Positions 48,030-63,217 of a stretch of DNA of 64,000 nt are shown piece after piece. The notes below the pieces were generated by a model. That model saw nothing but the letters and a program-made list of their open reading frames with translations. It was not told the DNA's origin and did no database searches. A program made the position numbers and the translations under genes. This stretch comes from Alphaproteobacteria bacterium (GTDB lineage Bacteria; Pseudomonadota; Alphaproteobacteria; UBA9219), in contig JAMFSS010000002.1 of NCBI GenBank assembly GCA_026225415.1, positions 25,915 through 89,914 on the forward strand, given 5' to 3'. The stretch's first letter is position 1; every line of letters starts with the position of its first letter.

Positions 48030-48470
48030 TCAGGTTGGCGTATGCAAATTTTTTCTTATAATGCGTCCGATGGGGTCGGCCTTGCCTACAAGACCATGTG
48101 CACCTTTTATGGGCGGCAATGCCGCTGGAACGGCTGAAGCCCTTAAACCAGCATGAGAGGTTGTAGGTTTCCGCACGACAACTGTTGCAGGTTTGGCGGT
48201 TGGCTTAGCAGGCGTAACTTGTGCGCTTTGCACACCGCGCAAGCTCTGAGGGCTTTTTTTTGCGGCTGGCTTGGCATCAAATTTTGGCTGGGCTAATTCC
48301 GCATCAGTAAGATGATATCCATTTCCTGCTCGTGTAGCCAAGCGGGCCGCCTTAGCAGCAGCTAAAGCTATAGTAAAAGTAGATACATCGGTCGAGGCTT
48401 TCGTGCCGTCATAGGCTGTGGGATCTGAGGGCTTTTTTGACTTTGAATTTTGTACCATAACAATACCCAT
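48030..48470 (-). CDS. hypothetical Lys/Ala/Pro-rich protein (146 aa)
   Basis: ORF delimited by intrinsic terminators on both sides. Low-complexity basic sequence. Confidence 0.4.
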   Translation of the reverse strand: MGIVMVQNSKSKKPSDPTAYDGTKASTDVSTFTIALAAAKAARLATRAGNGYHLTDAELAQPKFDAKPAAKKSPQSLRGVQSAQVTPAKPTAKPATVVVRKPTTSHAGLRASAVPAALPPIKGAHGLVGKADPIGRIIRKNLHTPT

Positions 48471-48533
48471 CCTTGAAAAATTGATTACCCAACAACCCTA
48501 TCAAACCAAGGTAAATATGCGGTTAATTCAAAG

Positions 48534-48570
48534 AAAAACCCCGCCAGAGGCTCTCTGGCGGGGGTTTTTA
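48534..48570. terminator. bidirectional intrinsic terminator downstream of rpoC
   Basis: AAAAA-CCCCGCCAGAG-GCTC-CTCTGGCGGGGG-TTTTT. Confidence 0.65.
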
Positions 48571-48588
48571 GTCTTTTAGACGAAGCTT

Positions 48589-52790
<4,202 letters not shown>

Positions 52791-52798
52791 TTAGTTTA

Positions 52799-55700
52799 TT
52801 ATTCGGCAGATTCCGGCAAAGCTGTCGGCGGGTTGTTGTCGTTCGACCCGTCTTCCAGCTCTTCCATTTTCTTTTGATCCATTTCGACATTCAGGCCGAG
52901 CGAACGAAGTTCCTTGACCAAAACGTTGAAGGATTCCGGAATACCGGCTTCGAAATTATCTTCGCCGCGGACGATGGATTCGTAAACCTTGGTACGGCCT
53001 GAAACGTCATCCGATTTAACGGTGAGCATTTCCTGCAGCGTATAGGCTGCGCCGTATGCTTCCAATGCCCAGACTTCCATTTCCCCGAAGCGTTGACCGC
53101 CGAATTGCGCCTTGCCGCCCAACGGTTGTTGGGTGACGAGCGAATAAGGGCCGATCGAACGGGCGTGGATCTTGTCATCAACCAAATGGTGAAGTTTGAG
53201 CATATAAATATACCCAACCGTCACTTTGCGGTCGAAGGCTTCGCCTGTGCGTCCATCGATCAAGGTTGATTGACCGGAGGTGTTTAGACCCGCCAGCGTC
53301 AGCATTTGTTCAATGTCGGCTTCGCGCGCGCCATCGAACACCGGTGTTGCCATCGGCACGCCGGGTTTCAGGTTGCGTGACAGTTCCAGAATTTCTTCGT
53401 CATTCAATTCGGAAACATCGCGTTTATAGGTTTCTTCGCCGTAAGCGGTCTTCAACTGGTTGCGAAGATCGACCAAGGTCGCCTTCTTGCCCTGTTTGAT
53501 TTGCGCATTATACGTATCGTAAACCGCGCCGATTTGTTGGCCCAGATTTGCCGACGCCCAACCCAGATGGGTTTCCAGAATCTGACCGACATTCATACGC
53601 GAAGGAACGCCAAGCGGGTTCAACACAATATCAACGCTGGTGCCGTCTTCCAGATAAGGCATGTCTTCGACAGGCAAGATGCGCGAGACGACACCCTTGT
53701 TACCGTGACGGCCGGCCATTTTGTCGCCCGGTTGAAGCTTACGCTTCACCGCCACAAACACTTTGACCATCTTCATCACGCCGGGCGGCAATTCATCGCC
53801 ACGTTGCAGTTTGGAGACCTTGTCTTCAAAACGCTTCTTCAACGCGTTGATCTGGTCGTCGAAAACTTTGCCGATGGCTTCGATTTCTTCCATCACCTTG
53901 TTTTCTTTGACGGTGATCTGACGCCATTGGCCATGTGTGTATTCGGCCAATGCTTCTTCGGTGATCGCTTTGCCGGTCGGGAAGCTCTTGGGGCCGTTTT
54001 CGGCCTTCTTGCCCAACAACAAAATCTTCAAACGATCGAAATAGCCGCGTTCCAGAATGGCGCGTTCATCGTCGCGATCCTTTGCCAAACGTTCGATTTC
54101 CGAACGTTCGATGGCAATGGCGCGTTGATCCTTGTCAACGCCGCGACGCGAGAACACGCGCACTTCGACGATGGTGCCGGTAACGCCGGGTGGCAGACGG
54201 AGCGACGTGTCGCGAACATCGGCGGCCTTTTCACCAAAGATGGCGCGCAGAAGTTTTTCTTCCGGCGTCATGGGGCTTTCGCCCTTTGGTGTGACTTTGC
54301 CGATCAGAATATCGCCGGGGTTTACTTCCGCGCCGATATAAACGATGCCGGCTTCGTCAAGATTCTTCAGCGCTTCTTCTCCGACATTCGGGATGTCGCG
54401 CGTGATTTCTTCCTGACCCAGCTTGGTGTCACGCGCCATCACTTCGAATTCTTCGATATGGATGGAGGTGAACACGTCGTCTTTGACGATACGTTCGGAG
54501 ATCAGAATTGAATCTTCGAAATTGTAACCGTTCCAAGGCATGAAGGCGACGAGGACGTTACGGCCGAGAGCCAATTCGCCCAATTCGGTCGCGGGGCCGT
54601 CGGCGATGATATCGCTCTTGCCGACCACATCGCCCACCTTGACCAACGGACGCTGTGTAATACAGGTGCTTTGGTTCGAGCGTTGGAATTTCAGCAGATT
54701 ATAGATATCGACCGAAGGCGCCGACGAGTCGGTTTCTTCGTTCGCACGAACAACGATACGCGTTGCGTCAACCTGATCGATGGTCCCTGCCCGACGCGCG
54801 ACGATTGCAACGCCGGAGTCACGGGCAACAATGCCTTCCATGCCGGTGCCAACCAAAGGCGCATCGTTGCGCAACAAGGGCACAGCCTGACGTTGCATGT
54901 TCGAGCCCATCAAGGCGCGGTTAGCATCATCGTTTTCAAGGAAGGGAATGAGCGCCGCAGCAACCGACACGATTTGTTTTGGCGACACATCGATAAATTC
55001 GACTTCTTCCGGCGTCACAGTGATATTTTCACCGGCCTTGCGGACGATGACATGTTCCTGAGTCAGCTTGCCAGCCTTATCCATAATCGCATTCGCCTGC
55101 GCAATCGTATATTGGCCTTCTTCCATGGCCGACAAATAAACGATTTCGGATGTAACCTTGCCGCCCTTGACGCGACGATACGGGCTTTCAATAAAGCCAT
55201 ATTGATTGACGCGGGCATAGGTCGCCAGCGACGAAATCAGACCGATATTCGGGCCTTCCGGCGTTTCAATCGGGCAGATGCGGCCATAATGGGTTGGATG
55301 AACGTCGCGGACTTCAAAGCCGGCGCGTTCGCGGGTCAAACCGCCAGGCCCAAGGGCGGAAACGCGGCGTTTATGCGTGATTTCCGACAGCGGGTTGGTT
55401 TGATCCATAAATTGCGACAGCTGTGACGAACCAAAGAATTCGCGGACAGCGGCAGCCGCAGGTTTCGCATTGATCAAATCATGCGGCATAACCGTATCGA
55501 TTTCGATAGACGACATACGTTCGCGGATCGCGCGTTCCATACGCACCAGACCGATGCGATATTGGTTTTCCATCAATTCGCCAACCGAACGAACGCGGCG
55601 GTTGCCCAAATGATCGATATCGTCGATTTCGCCACGACCATCTTTCAGGTCGCACATGATGCCGATGATTTTCAAAACGTCTTCCTTACGAAGCACGCGA

Positions 55701-57082
55701 ACCTGATCGTCTGTCTTGAAGCCGAGGCGCGAATTCATCTTCACGCGGCCAACGGGCGACAAATCATAACGATCCATCTGGAAGAACAGGCCTTGGAACA
55801 AGGCTTCCGCCGATTCCAGCGTTGGCGGTTCACCGGGACGCATGACGCGGTAAATGTCGATCAGCGCTTCTTCGCGTGTCGCATTTTTATCGGCCATCAA
55901 TGTGTTGCGGATATAAGGGCCGACATTGACATGATCGATGCCGAGCGTCGCGATTTCCTTGATGCCGGTTGCTTCCAATGCTTCCAGACCATCGGTGGTG
56001 ATTTCGTCACCGGATTCAAACATAACTTCGCCGGTTTGTTCGTTGATGATATCTGTCGCCAGATAACGGCCAACAACCGCGTCGGATTGAACCAGAATTT
56101 CCTTCAGGCCGCCTTCGACCAGCTTGGCGATAACGCGCGCCGTAACCTTGGTGCCGGCTTCGATCGCGACTTTGCCGTTCTTGGCGTCGATCAAGTCGAT
56201 CAGCATTTTCTGACCCTTGATGCTTTCGGGATTAAACGCTGTCGCCCAACCCTTCTTGTCGCGTTTGAAACCAACGGTCGTGTAGAACGCCGACAGGATT
56301 TCTTCCTTGGTCATGCCCTGCACTTCGAACGCCTGCAAAGGCTTGCCTTCCTTCAAACGCTTGGCGCGCAGTTTTTCGGTTTCGGCGCTGTCCAACGCAT
56401 AGAGCAACGATGTCACCGGCAATTTGCGGCGGCGATCGATACGGGCGAATACCAAATCCTTGGCATCGAATTCAAAATCGAGCCATGAACCGCGATAAGG
56501 GATAACGCGCGCGGCGAAAAGATATTTGCCCGACGAATGGGTTTTACCCTTGTCGTGATCGAAGAACACGCCGGGGCTGCGGTGCATTTGTGAAACGATA
56601 ACGCGTTCGGTGCCATTGACGATAAAGGTGCCGTTGGCGGTCATGAGCGGCATGTCGCCCATGTAAACATCTTGTTCCTTGATGTCGCGGATCGACTTCA
56701 CACCGGTGTTTTCTTCAACATCGAACACGGTCAGGCGCAGCGTTACCTTAAGAGGTGCGGCAAATGTCACGCCGCGTTGTTGACATTCTTCAACGTCATA
56801 TTTTGGTGTTTCCAGTTCGTAGGACAGGAAATCAAGAACGGCCTTGCCCGAAAAATCGGAGATAGGGAACGCAGACATAAGAACGTCTTGCAGACCGCGA
56901 CGCTCGCGCTTGTCGGCGGCGATTTCCATTTGCAGGAATTCGTCATACGAGCGACGTTGCACTTCGATCAGATTGGGCATTTCCGCAATTTCGGGAATGC
57001 GGCCAAAACTTTTGCGTATTTTCTTGCGGCCTGTGAATGTTTTGCTTGGGTTGATGCTGATCGCTGCGCCGTTGGTCGCCAT
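52799..57082 (-). CDS. rpoB: DNA-directed RNA polymerase subunit beta
   Basis: …[36 protein letters not shown]… N-terminus, 1427 aa. It sits 44 nt upstream of rpoC. Confidence 0.9.
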   Translation of the reverse strand: MATNGAAISINPSKTFTGRKKIRKSFGRIPEIAEMPNLIEVQRRSYDEFLQMEIAADKRERRGLQDVLMSAFPISDFSGKAVLDFLSYELETPKYDVEECQQRGVTFAAPLKVTLRLTVFDVEENTGVKSIRDIKEQDVYMGDMPLMTANGTFIVNGTERVIVSQMHRSPGVFFDHDKGKTHSSGKYLFAARVIPYRGSWLDFEFDAKDLVFARIDRRRKLPVTSLLYALDSAETEKLRAKRLKEGKPLQAFEVQGMTKEEILSAFYTTVGFKRDKKGWATAFNPESIKGQKMLIDLIDAKNGKVAIEAGTKVTARVIAKLVEGGLKEILVQSDAVVGRYLATDIINEQTGEVMFESGDEITTDGLEALEATGIKEIATLGIDHVNVGPYIRNTLMADKNATREEALIDIYRVMRPGEPPTLESAEALFQGLFFQMDRYDLSPVGRVKMNSRLGFKTDDQVRVLRKEDVLKIIGIMCDLKDGRGEIDDIDHLGNRRVRSVGELMENQYRIGLVRMERAIRERMSSIEIDTVMPHDLINAKPAAAAVREFFGSSQLSQFMDQTNPLSEITHKRRVSALGPGGLTRERAGFEVRDVHPTHYGRICPIETPEGPNIGLISSLATYARVNQYGFIESPYRRVKGGKVTSEIVYLSAMEEGQYTIAQANAIMDKAGKLTQEHVIVRKAGENITVTPEEVEFIDVSPKQIVSVAAALIPFLENDDANRALMGSNMQRQAVPLLRNDAPLVGTGMEGIVARDSGVAIVARRAGTIDQVDATRIVVRANEETDSSAPSVDIYNLLKFQRSNQSTCITQRPLVKVGDVVGKSDIIADGPATELGELALGRNVLVAFMPWNGYNFEDSILISERIVKDDVFTSIHIEEFEVMARDTKLGQEEITRDIPNVGEEALKNLDEAGIVYIGAEVNPGDILIGKVTPKGESPMTPEEKLLRAIFGEKAADVRDTSLRLPPGVTGTIVEVRVFSRRGVDKDQRAIAIERSEIERLAKDRDDERAILERGYFDRLKILLLGKKAENGPKSFPTGKAITEEALAEYTHGQWRQITVKENKVMEEIEAIGKVFDDQINALKKRFEDKVSKLQRGDELPPGVMKMVKVFVAVKRKLQPGDKMAGRHGNKGVVSRILPVEDMPYLEDGTSVDIVLNPLGVPSRMNVGQILETHLGWASANLGQQIGAVYDTYNAQIKQGKKATLVDLRNQLKTAYGEETYKRDVSELNDEEILELSRNLKPGVPMATPVFDGAREADIEQMLTLAGLNTSGQSTLIDGRTGEAFDRKVTVGYIYMLKLHHLVDDKIHARSIGPYSLVTQQPLGGKAQFGGQRFGEMEVWALEAYGAAYTLQEMLTVKSDDVSGRTKVYESIVRGEDNFEAGIPESFNVLVKELRSLGLNVEMDQKKMEELEDGSNDNNPPTALPESAE

Positions 57083-57416
57083 GCTTGCCCCTTATAGATG
57101 TGTCCCGCGTACAGCGAGACTGTGCGAAAAATCGAAATCCACGCCAGAAAAGCAAAAAAATCCGCACGACAACAAGGAGGATTTCCCCGTTCGTTGAGCA
57201 GAACTGCTTTTCTAGCAAATTGTCGCGGGAATATGAAGGTATTAACGAATGATTGCAAGAGTAAAGTTTTATTATAAATCAATAATTTACACCGCAAGCC
57301 GTCGGCTCGTGGGCAACCAAGCTTCCGGCACAGTTATGGAGCATTGCGCATAAAGAAAATATATGTAAATCTTCTTCCATCAAATTTTTAGTTTTTTATT
57401 ATAAGAGGATGCCCGA

Positions 57417-58778
57417 ATGCCACATATAATTTCTCGTCGCGATTTGATGACTGGCTCACTTGCCACTGCTGCCGTGAGCTTATTAAATCCCCGTGAAGCT
57501 GTGGCGGGGCCATGGGCCGCTGCTCTGGGATATTTTTTGGGTGGGGATATCATCACTGCGGTTGCCGAGGTCATTGAGGATTTATACACAGGCAGCAGCA
57601 GACAAAGCGGTTCCGCAAATTACGGCGACAGATTTTCCGCCATCAATAATAGATTTTCCCAGGTTAACGGAACTTTGAGCCGCGTCGCAGAAAGCGTGAA
57701 GACGCTTGCCTCCACCCAAGAAAGAATTCTCGATCTTTTAGCCACACAGAGAATAGTGATGCGTCAGGAAATCCGCGCAGCCTTTCTTGCCAACGACACA
57801 GCGGATCTTACCGCTATGGGGCAACATTACAAAGACTTGCTGGCCTATGGCGATATTGAAAGCCAACGCGGAGAATTAAATAACCTGGTTGGCCGCGTCG
57901 GCGAAGTCGCGGCAAAAATTTCCACCTATGGCGTGCCTGCAGTTGCGGCCTATCACGCAGCGATCGCGCTTCAAAACGCCGCGCATCTAACATTGGGGAC
58001 ACCGCCGCAGGTCATCAAAGAAATTAACTATAGCCACTATATGAATTTAAATTATCTCTTATCAGGTGGTGGGCCGGATTCCTTGCCCGCCATCATCCGC
58101 GCCAATTATAATTCTTCTTTAGACGGCTTGCCTTCGGATTCCCCGCTACGTCAATTCGGGTACAAAATCCCCCTTTGGTATCACATCCAAGGTTACAGCA
58201 ACCAAAGTTATGCCACCGGAACAGTGCGTGGCTTTGTGTATGAAGGCATTGTGAATAACGAGCCTGTTTTCCAAGCCTACACGGATCGAAAAAACATCAA
58301 CAATGATAATTATAATCCTCAATCAACGGACTACCAATATGCGTATGGCTATTATGAAAATTTCCAGCGCTACGCAAATGGATCTCTTGCCAGAATTCAG
58401 CCCCACCCGATAAGTTATGGCGGCACGCTTCGAACCGAAAATTATCGCGAGCCTTATATTGATAGGGACGGCTACCCTTGGGATAATACCGACCTGAACG
58501 CAAAGCTTGTGCAGGAGCGCATTATGCTTCGGCAATATTATGTGTATCTGCATAACGCAGGCTATTCGGGCACGAATATTACCCCCAATAGTGTGGGTGG
58601 TGGTATGACAAGCGGACAGGCCGATATACAGCAGGAATTAGGGACCAGTATTGCCGCCGTAACCCGCATTTGGAATGCGGCCAATAAAAAGGCCGGGTTC
58701 CAATTAGGTATGGCCACGGCACCGGAAATACCGGGAAGACGAGATGCCGGAAACCAAAGCAGCGTGTTCAGGCTCTAG
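57417..58778 (+). CDS. Tat-exported hypothetical protein, Tyr/Asn/Gly-rich C-terminal half
   Basis: Twin-arginine motif SRRDLMTGSLATAAVSLL followed by an A-x-A-type region. No recognisable catalytic motifs. GC looks lower than rpoB by eye. Confidence 0.5.
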   Translation: MPHIISRRDLMTGSLATAAVSLLNPREAVAGPWAAALGYFLGGDIITAVAEVIEDLYTGSSRQSGSANYGDRFSAINNRFSQVNGTLSRVAESVKTLASTQERILDLLATQRIVMRQEIRAAFLANDTADLTAMGQHYKDLLAYGDIESQRGELNNLVGRVGEVAAKISTYGVPAVAAYHAAIALQNAAHLTLGTPPQVIKEINYSHYMNLNYLLSGGGPDSLPAIIRANYNSSLDGLPSDSPLRQFGYKIPLWYHIQGYSNQSYATGTVRGFVYEGIVNNEPVFQAYTDRKNINNDNYNPQSTDYQYAYGYYENFQRYANGSLARIQPHPISYGGTLRTENYREPYIDRDGYPWDNTDLNAKLVQERIMLRQYYVYLHNAGYSGTNITPNSVGGGMTSGQADIQQELGTSIAAVTRIWNAANKKAGFQLGMATAPEIPGRRDAGNQSSVFRL

Positions 58779-59803
58779 ACGGGTGCCCAAAGGATATTTT
58801 CGATTTCTTCTGTACCGGCACACAGCATCACAAGACGGTCGAAACCGAGCGCGATGCCGGAGCTGTCTGGCATGCCGTGACGCAGGGCGGTGATGAAATC
58901 CATGTCGATCGGGTAACGCTCGCCATAGATTTTTTCTTTTTCATCCATGTCAGCGTGAAAGCGCCGCAGCTGTTCTTCGGGGTTGGTAAGTTCATCAAAC
59001 GCATTGGCGATTTCGTAACCACAGATAAAAAGCTCGAACCGTTCCGCCAGACGAGGATCATCGCGTTTGGGTCGCGCCAGCGCCGCCATGCTGACGGGAT
59101 AGTCAGTTAAAAAAGTTGGTTGTGTTTTGCCCAGCAAAGGTTCGATTTTTTCGCCCATAACGCGGAAGAAAAGATCATCCCAATTGTCATCGCGCGATGC
59201 CCGAAATCCGGCAAGCGCCACTTTTTCACGCAATAAATCCGTATTGCCGACGGTCGCCATAAGATCAATACCCGCATATTTTTGAAACGCGTCCGGCACG
59301 CTGAGCGTTTCCCATGCCGCAAACGGATCACACGCCATGCCTTGCGCCACGAATTTTTTAATGCCCGCAACCGATGCCGCCGCGCGGATCAGGTTAACGC
59401 AATCCTGTTTAATAACATCCAGCCGCACGCCAACGCGATACCATTCCAGCATGGAAAATTCGGGGTGGTGGCGTGATGACCGTTCGCCATTGCGGAACAC
59501 ATGCGCCAGTTGGAAAATTTTTTCGGCACCGGCAATCAACAATTTTTTCATCGCCAGTTCGGGACTGGTATGCAGCCGATAAGTTTGTTTGTCGCCATTG
59601 ATATGATTGACGAAATGCGTGGTAAAGGCATGCAGATGGGTTTCATTCCCGGGCGAAATTTGCAACGCGGGCGTTTCCACCTCGTCAAATCCCTGCCCTT
59701 CAAAATAATGACGCATGGCGCGCAAAACATTTTGGCGGATGGCCAGATTGGCGCGGCGTTTGGCAAATTGATCGGGTCGCCAGAAGGGAATTGCCGCAGC
59801 CAT
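58775..59803 (-). CDS. epmA: elongation factor P--(R)-beta-lysine ligase
   Basis: Truncated class II LysRS-like catalytic core (…FRNGERSSRHHPEFSMLEWY…GMPDSSGIALGFDRLVML…), 342 aa. Its start overlaps the uvrD stop (ATtA). Confidence 0.8.
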   Translation of the reverse strand: MAAAIPFWRPDQFAKRRANLAIRQNVLRAMRHYFEGQGFDEVETPALQISPGNETHLHAFTTHFVNHINGDKQTYRLHTSPELAMKKLLIAGAEKIFQLAHVFRNGERSSRHHPEFSMLEWYRVGVRLDVIKQDCVNLIRAAASVAGIKKFVAQGMACDPFAAWETLSVPDAFQKYAGIDLMATVGNTDLLREKVALAGFRASRDDNWDDLFFRVMGEKIEPLLGKTQPTFLTDYPVSMAALARPKRDDPRLAERFELFICGYEIANAFDELTNPEEQLRRFHADMDEKEKIYGERYPIDMDFITALRHGMPDSSGIALGFDRLVMLCAGTEEIENILWAPV

Positions 59804-62094
59804 TACGAAACGACTTTCACAAAACCGGCCATGACCTTTAACACGCCCTTTTTCTCGAAAGCGACTTCCAGCTTGTCGTGATCGACGCGGCGGACAATGC
59901 CGGTGCCGAATTTTTCGTGGGTGACGCGGTCGCCGATATTGGGTTCGCCTTCGCGGCGTGGGGTCGCCACAACCGTGGCGCGGCCTTCGATTAGACGCGA
60001 AGCCCCCTTGGCCTCCGAAGCTTTAGCGAAGGATGGCTGCCCCGCCTGTATCTGTTGCCACAGCGGTGCAATTTTTTCGCGGCGGGGTTCATCGCCCCAT
60101 CCTCGCGATGATGATGCTCGCATACCCGCATTCGCGCTGTTACCAATTGCGGAATGGCGAATAATGTGCGGTTCGGGCAATTCTTCCAAAAACCGCGAAG
60201 GCAACGCGTTGACCCAACTACCATAAAGCAAACGATTGGCGACATGCGAAATAAAGGCGCGTTTTTTGGCGCGGGTGATGCCGACATAGGCCAGGCGGCG
60301 TTCTTCTTCCAATCCCGCGGTGCCATTTTCGTCAATCGAGCGGCGGCTGGGGAAAATATCTTCTTCCCATCCCGGCAGAAAAACAATATCGAATTCCAAA
60401 CCCTTGGCGCCGTGTAAGGTCATCAGGCTAACTTGTTCGGCTTCGTTCGAGCTTGTCGCTTCCAACACCAAAGACACATGTTCCAAAAACGCGGGCAGCG
60501 TGTCGAATTCCGCCATTGCGCTGATGAGTTCTTTGAGATTGTCCAATCGCCCCGGCGCTTCGGGCGATTTATCCAATTGCCACATGCCTGTGTAACCGCT
60601 GTCATCCAATACAATCTGCGCGACTTCGGCATGGGGGATGTTTTGCAACAAGCCACGCCAACGCGCGAAATTTTCGGCGAACACGCGCAAGGTTTGGCGC
60701 AGTTTGGGTTTCAGCTCATCTGTCTCCACCAATCGCGTTGCGGATTCCAGCAAGGATATACGTTGCGATTTGGCAAAGATGTTGAGTTGCTGAATAGCCG
60801 CAGGGCCGATGCCGCGTTTCGGCGTATTGATAATGCGTTCAAACGCCAGATCATCATCGGGCGAATTCAAAAGACGCATATAGGCCATGGCGTCGCGGAT
60901 TTCGGCGCGTTCATAAAAACGCGCGCCAACCAAAACGCGGTATGGGATGCCCAGTTGGATAAAGCGTTCTTCAAACGCGCGGGTTTGGAAACCGGCGCGC
61001 ACCATTACCGCGATTTCGTTCAATGATGTTTGTTTGCGTTGTTGGGTTTCAACTTCATCTGCGACCCAACGCGCTTCTTCTTCGCCGTCCCACAGGCTTT
61101 CGACGCGGACGGGGTCGCCCATATCGGCCGATGTCCATAATGTTTTGCCCAAGCGCATGCTGTTATTCGCGATGACATGCGATGCGGATGCCAGGATATG
61201 GCCGGTTGATCGATAATTTTCTTCCAACCGCACGACGGTGGCGCCGGGGAAATCCTCTTCAAATCTCAGAATGTTGCCGACTTCGGCGCCGCGCCAGCCG
61301 TAAATCGATTGGTCTTCGTCGCCGACGCAGCAGATATTTTTCCGTTCCTGTGCCAGCAAACGCAGCCACAGATATTGCACCGTGTTGGTGTCTTGATATT
61401 CATCGACCAGAATATAGCGGAAGCGGTTATGAAGTTCGGCAAGGATATCGGGGTGTTTCCGCAAGATGGTCAGATGATGCAAAAGCAAATCGCCAAAATC
61501 GCAGGCGTTGAGTTCCAGCAAACGCTGTTGATAGGCGGCATAGATTTTCGGCACTTTGCCATCAGCTAGCTGGCTTTTTTCATGCGCAACATCGTGCGGC
61601 AATAAGCCACGGTCTTTCCACCGGCTGATAACCGCCAGCAAGGCGCGCGCCGGTGATTTTTTATCATCGATATTTTCGGCTTCGAGCAATTGTTTGATAA
61701 GCCGCGTCTGGTCATCATCATCCAGAATGGTGAAATTGGGCTTCAACCCGACCAGTTCGGCATGCGGACGCAATAACCGCGCCGCCAGCGCGTGGAAAGT
61801 ACCCAGAAACCAGCCTTCGACCGAGCGCCCCAACATGTGGCCGACACGGTTGCGCACTTCGCCCGCGGCCTTGTTGGTGAAAGTCACCGCCAGAACCTGC
61901 CCTGGCATCGCTTTGCCGGTCATCAGCAAATGAACCAACCGCGCCGTGAGAACGCGCGTTTTGCCGGTGCCCGCGCCCGCCAAAACCAGAACGGGGCCAT
62001 CCAAAGCTTCGACCGCCGCGCGTTGCGCCGGGTTCAGCTTGTTTAGATAGGTCGGTTCTTCATGGGGGATGGGCGCAAGCGCAAAATCGCTCAT
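59803..62094 (-). CDS. uvrD: UvrD/Rep/PcrA-family ATP-dependent DNA helicase
   Basis: Walker A AGAGTGKTRVL, and SF1 helicase motifs throughout. The start is taken at MSDFALAPIP…. Confidence 0.8.
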   Translation of the reverse strand: MSDFALAPIPHEEPTYLNKLNPAQRAAVEALDGPVLVLAGAGTGKTRVLTARLVHLLMTGKAMPGQVLAVTFTNKAAGEVRNRVGHMLGRSVEGWFLGTFHALAARLLRPHAELVGLKPNFTILDDDDQTRLIKQLLEAENIDDKKSPARALLAVISRWKDRGLLPHDVAHEKSQLADGKVPKIYAAYQQRLLELNACDFGDLLLHHLTILRKHPDILAELHNRFRYILVDEYQDTNTVQYLWLRLLAQERKNICCVGDEDQSIYGWRGAEVGNILRFEEDFPGATVVRLEENYRSTGHILASASHVIANNSMRLGKTLWTSADMGDPVRVESLWDGEEEARWVADEVETQQRKQTSLNEIAVMVRAGFQTRAFEERFIQLGIPYRVLVGARFYERAEIRDAMAYMRLLNSPDDDLAFERIINTPKRGIGPAAIQQLNIFAKSQRISLLESATRLVETDELKPKLRQTLRVFAENFARWRGLLQNIPHAEVAQIVLDDSGYTGMWQLDKSPEAPGRLDNLKELISAMAEFDTLPAFLEHVSLVLEATSSNEAEQVSLMTLHGAKGLEFDIVFLPGWEEDIFPSRRSIDENGTAGLEEERRLAYVGITRAKKRAFISHVANRLLYGSWVNALPSRFLEELPEPHIIRHSAIGNSANAGMRASSSRGWGDEPRREKIAPLWQQIQAGQPSFAKASEAKGASRLIEGRATVVATPRREGEPNIGDRVTHEKFGTGIVRRVDHDKLEVAFEKKGVLKVMAGFVKVVS

Positions 62095-62095
62095 A

Positions 62096-63154
62096 TCAAT
62101 GTTGCGGAGGGGTTTCGCCAGCCAACAGGCACACGACGCAGTTGCGGCCTGTCTGCTTGGCTTTGTACAACGCGGCATCGGCGCGGGCGATTAAGGCATC
62201 GCGGTCTTCGCCCGCCGTAAATTGCGCGGCGCCGATGGAAACTGTCACCGCGCCCAAATCTTGCTGCGACCCGCGTTTGCGGATGCGTTTGCTTTCCAAA
62301 CTGCTGCGCAGCTGGTTGCCGACGCGTTCCGCGTCTTGCAAACGGGTTTGCGGCAGAAGGATAACAAATTCTTCGCCGCCGAAACGGGCGATAACGTCGC
62401 GGCCCTTTAAATTTTCGACCAATGTTTTGGCCACCAGCGTCAAAACCTGATCGCCCAGTAAATGCCCATGCGTGTCGTTGAATTTTTTGAAATGATCGAC
62501 ATCAACCATTAACAAAGACAGGTTTGCATTTTCGCCCGTCGCTTCGGCCAATTTGACCGCCACTTCGCGTTCAAAAAATTTGCGGTTGCCGACTCCCGTT
62601 AATCCGTCGATCTGCGCTTCTTTATGCACGCGGTCGAAATCGGCGCGCATATCGCCCAATTGTTTGGTGGTGGTTTCCAACTCGATTTGCAGTTTCTGGT
62701 TTTGCGCGGTCACATGTTTGGTTTCTGCGGCAATTTTAACAATCGCGTCGCGCAAAACCTCGGCCGAATTTTCGCCCGATAATTTGCCGGAAAAACTGTC
62801 CAGATCGGCGCCGAATTTATGGGTGTCTTTGGCTGAAACGCTAATCAAATCCAAAACTTTTTTCAACTCGGCATCGATGGCATGGCTGGCGCTTTGCAGA
62901 AAATCGGCGCTGGTATTATTTGACAAAAACTTGGCATAGATTTGCGTGCATTGTTCTTGTGTAATTGCCCCCGCGCCAACCGCCGCATCGAAGGCAGCGT
63001 TAAGGCCCGGCGTATCGTTAGACAAATAACGAAAATAAACCGCGTAATTTTCGGGCGTGGGCTGCAAATTGTCCCTGGCCAGACGTTCCAACGCGCCACG
63101 CGATAAATTATTGACCTGTTGTTCTGTTGCCGCCACGATTAACTCCGTACACAA
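62096..63154 (-). CDS. GGDEF-domain diguanylate cyclase with an N-terminal coiled-coil/sensor-like region
   Basis: GGEEF active-site motif (…ARFGGEEFVILLP…), with DVDHFKKFND upstream. Its stop lies 1 nt before the uvrD start. Confidence 0.75.
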   Translation of the reverse strand: MCTELIVAATEQQVNNLSRGALERLARDNLQPTPENYAVYFRYLSNDTPGLNAAFDAAVGAGAITQEQCTQIYAKFLSNNTSADFLQSASHAIDAELKKVLDLISVSAKDTHKFGADLDSFSGKLSGENSAEVLRDAIVKIAAETKHVTAQNQKLQIELETTTKQLGDMRADFDRVHKEAQIDGLTGVGNRKFFEREVAVKLAEATGENANLSLLMVDVDHFKKFNDTHGHLLGDQVLTLVAKTLVENLKGRDVIARFGGEEFVILLPQTRLQDAERVGNQLRSSLESKRIRKRGSQQDLGAVTVSIGAAQFTAGEDRDALIARADAALYKAKQTGRNCVVCLLAGETPPQH

Positions 63155-63217
63155 ATTGTTCTCTTTGGATTACCAGCCCCGTGTCGCCCCGTCTATGTTT
63201 TGTTTTATGCCGTCATT

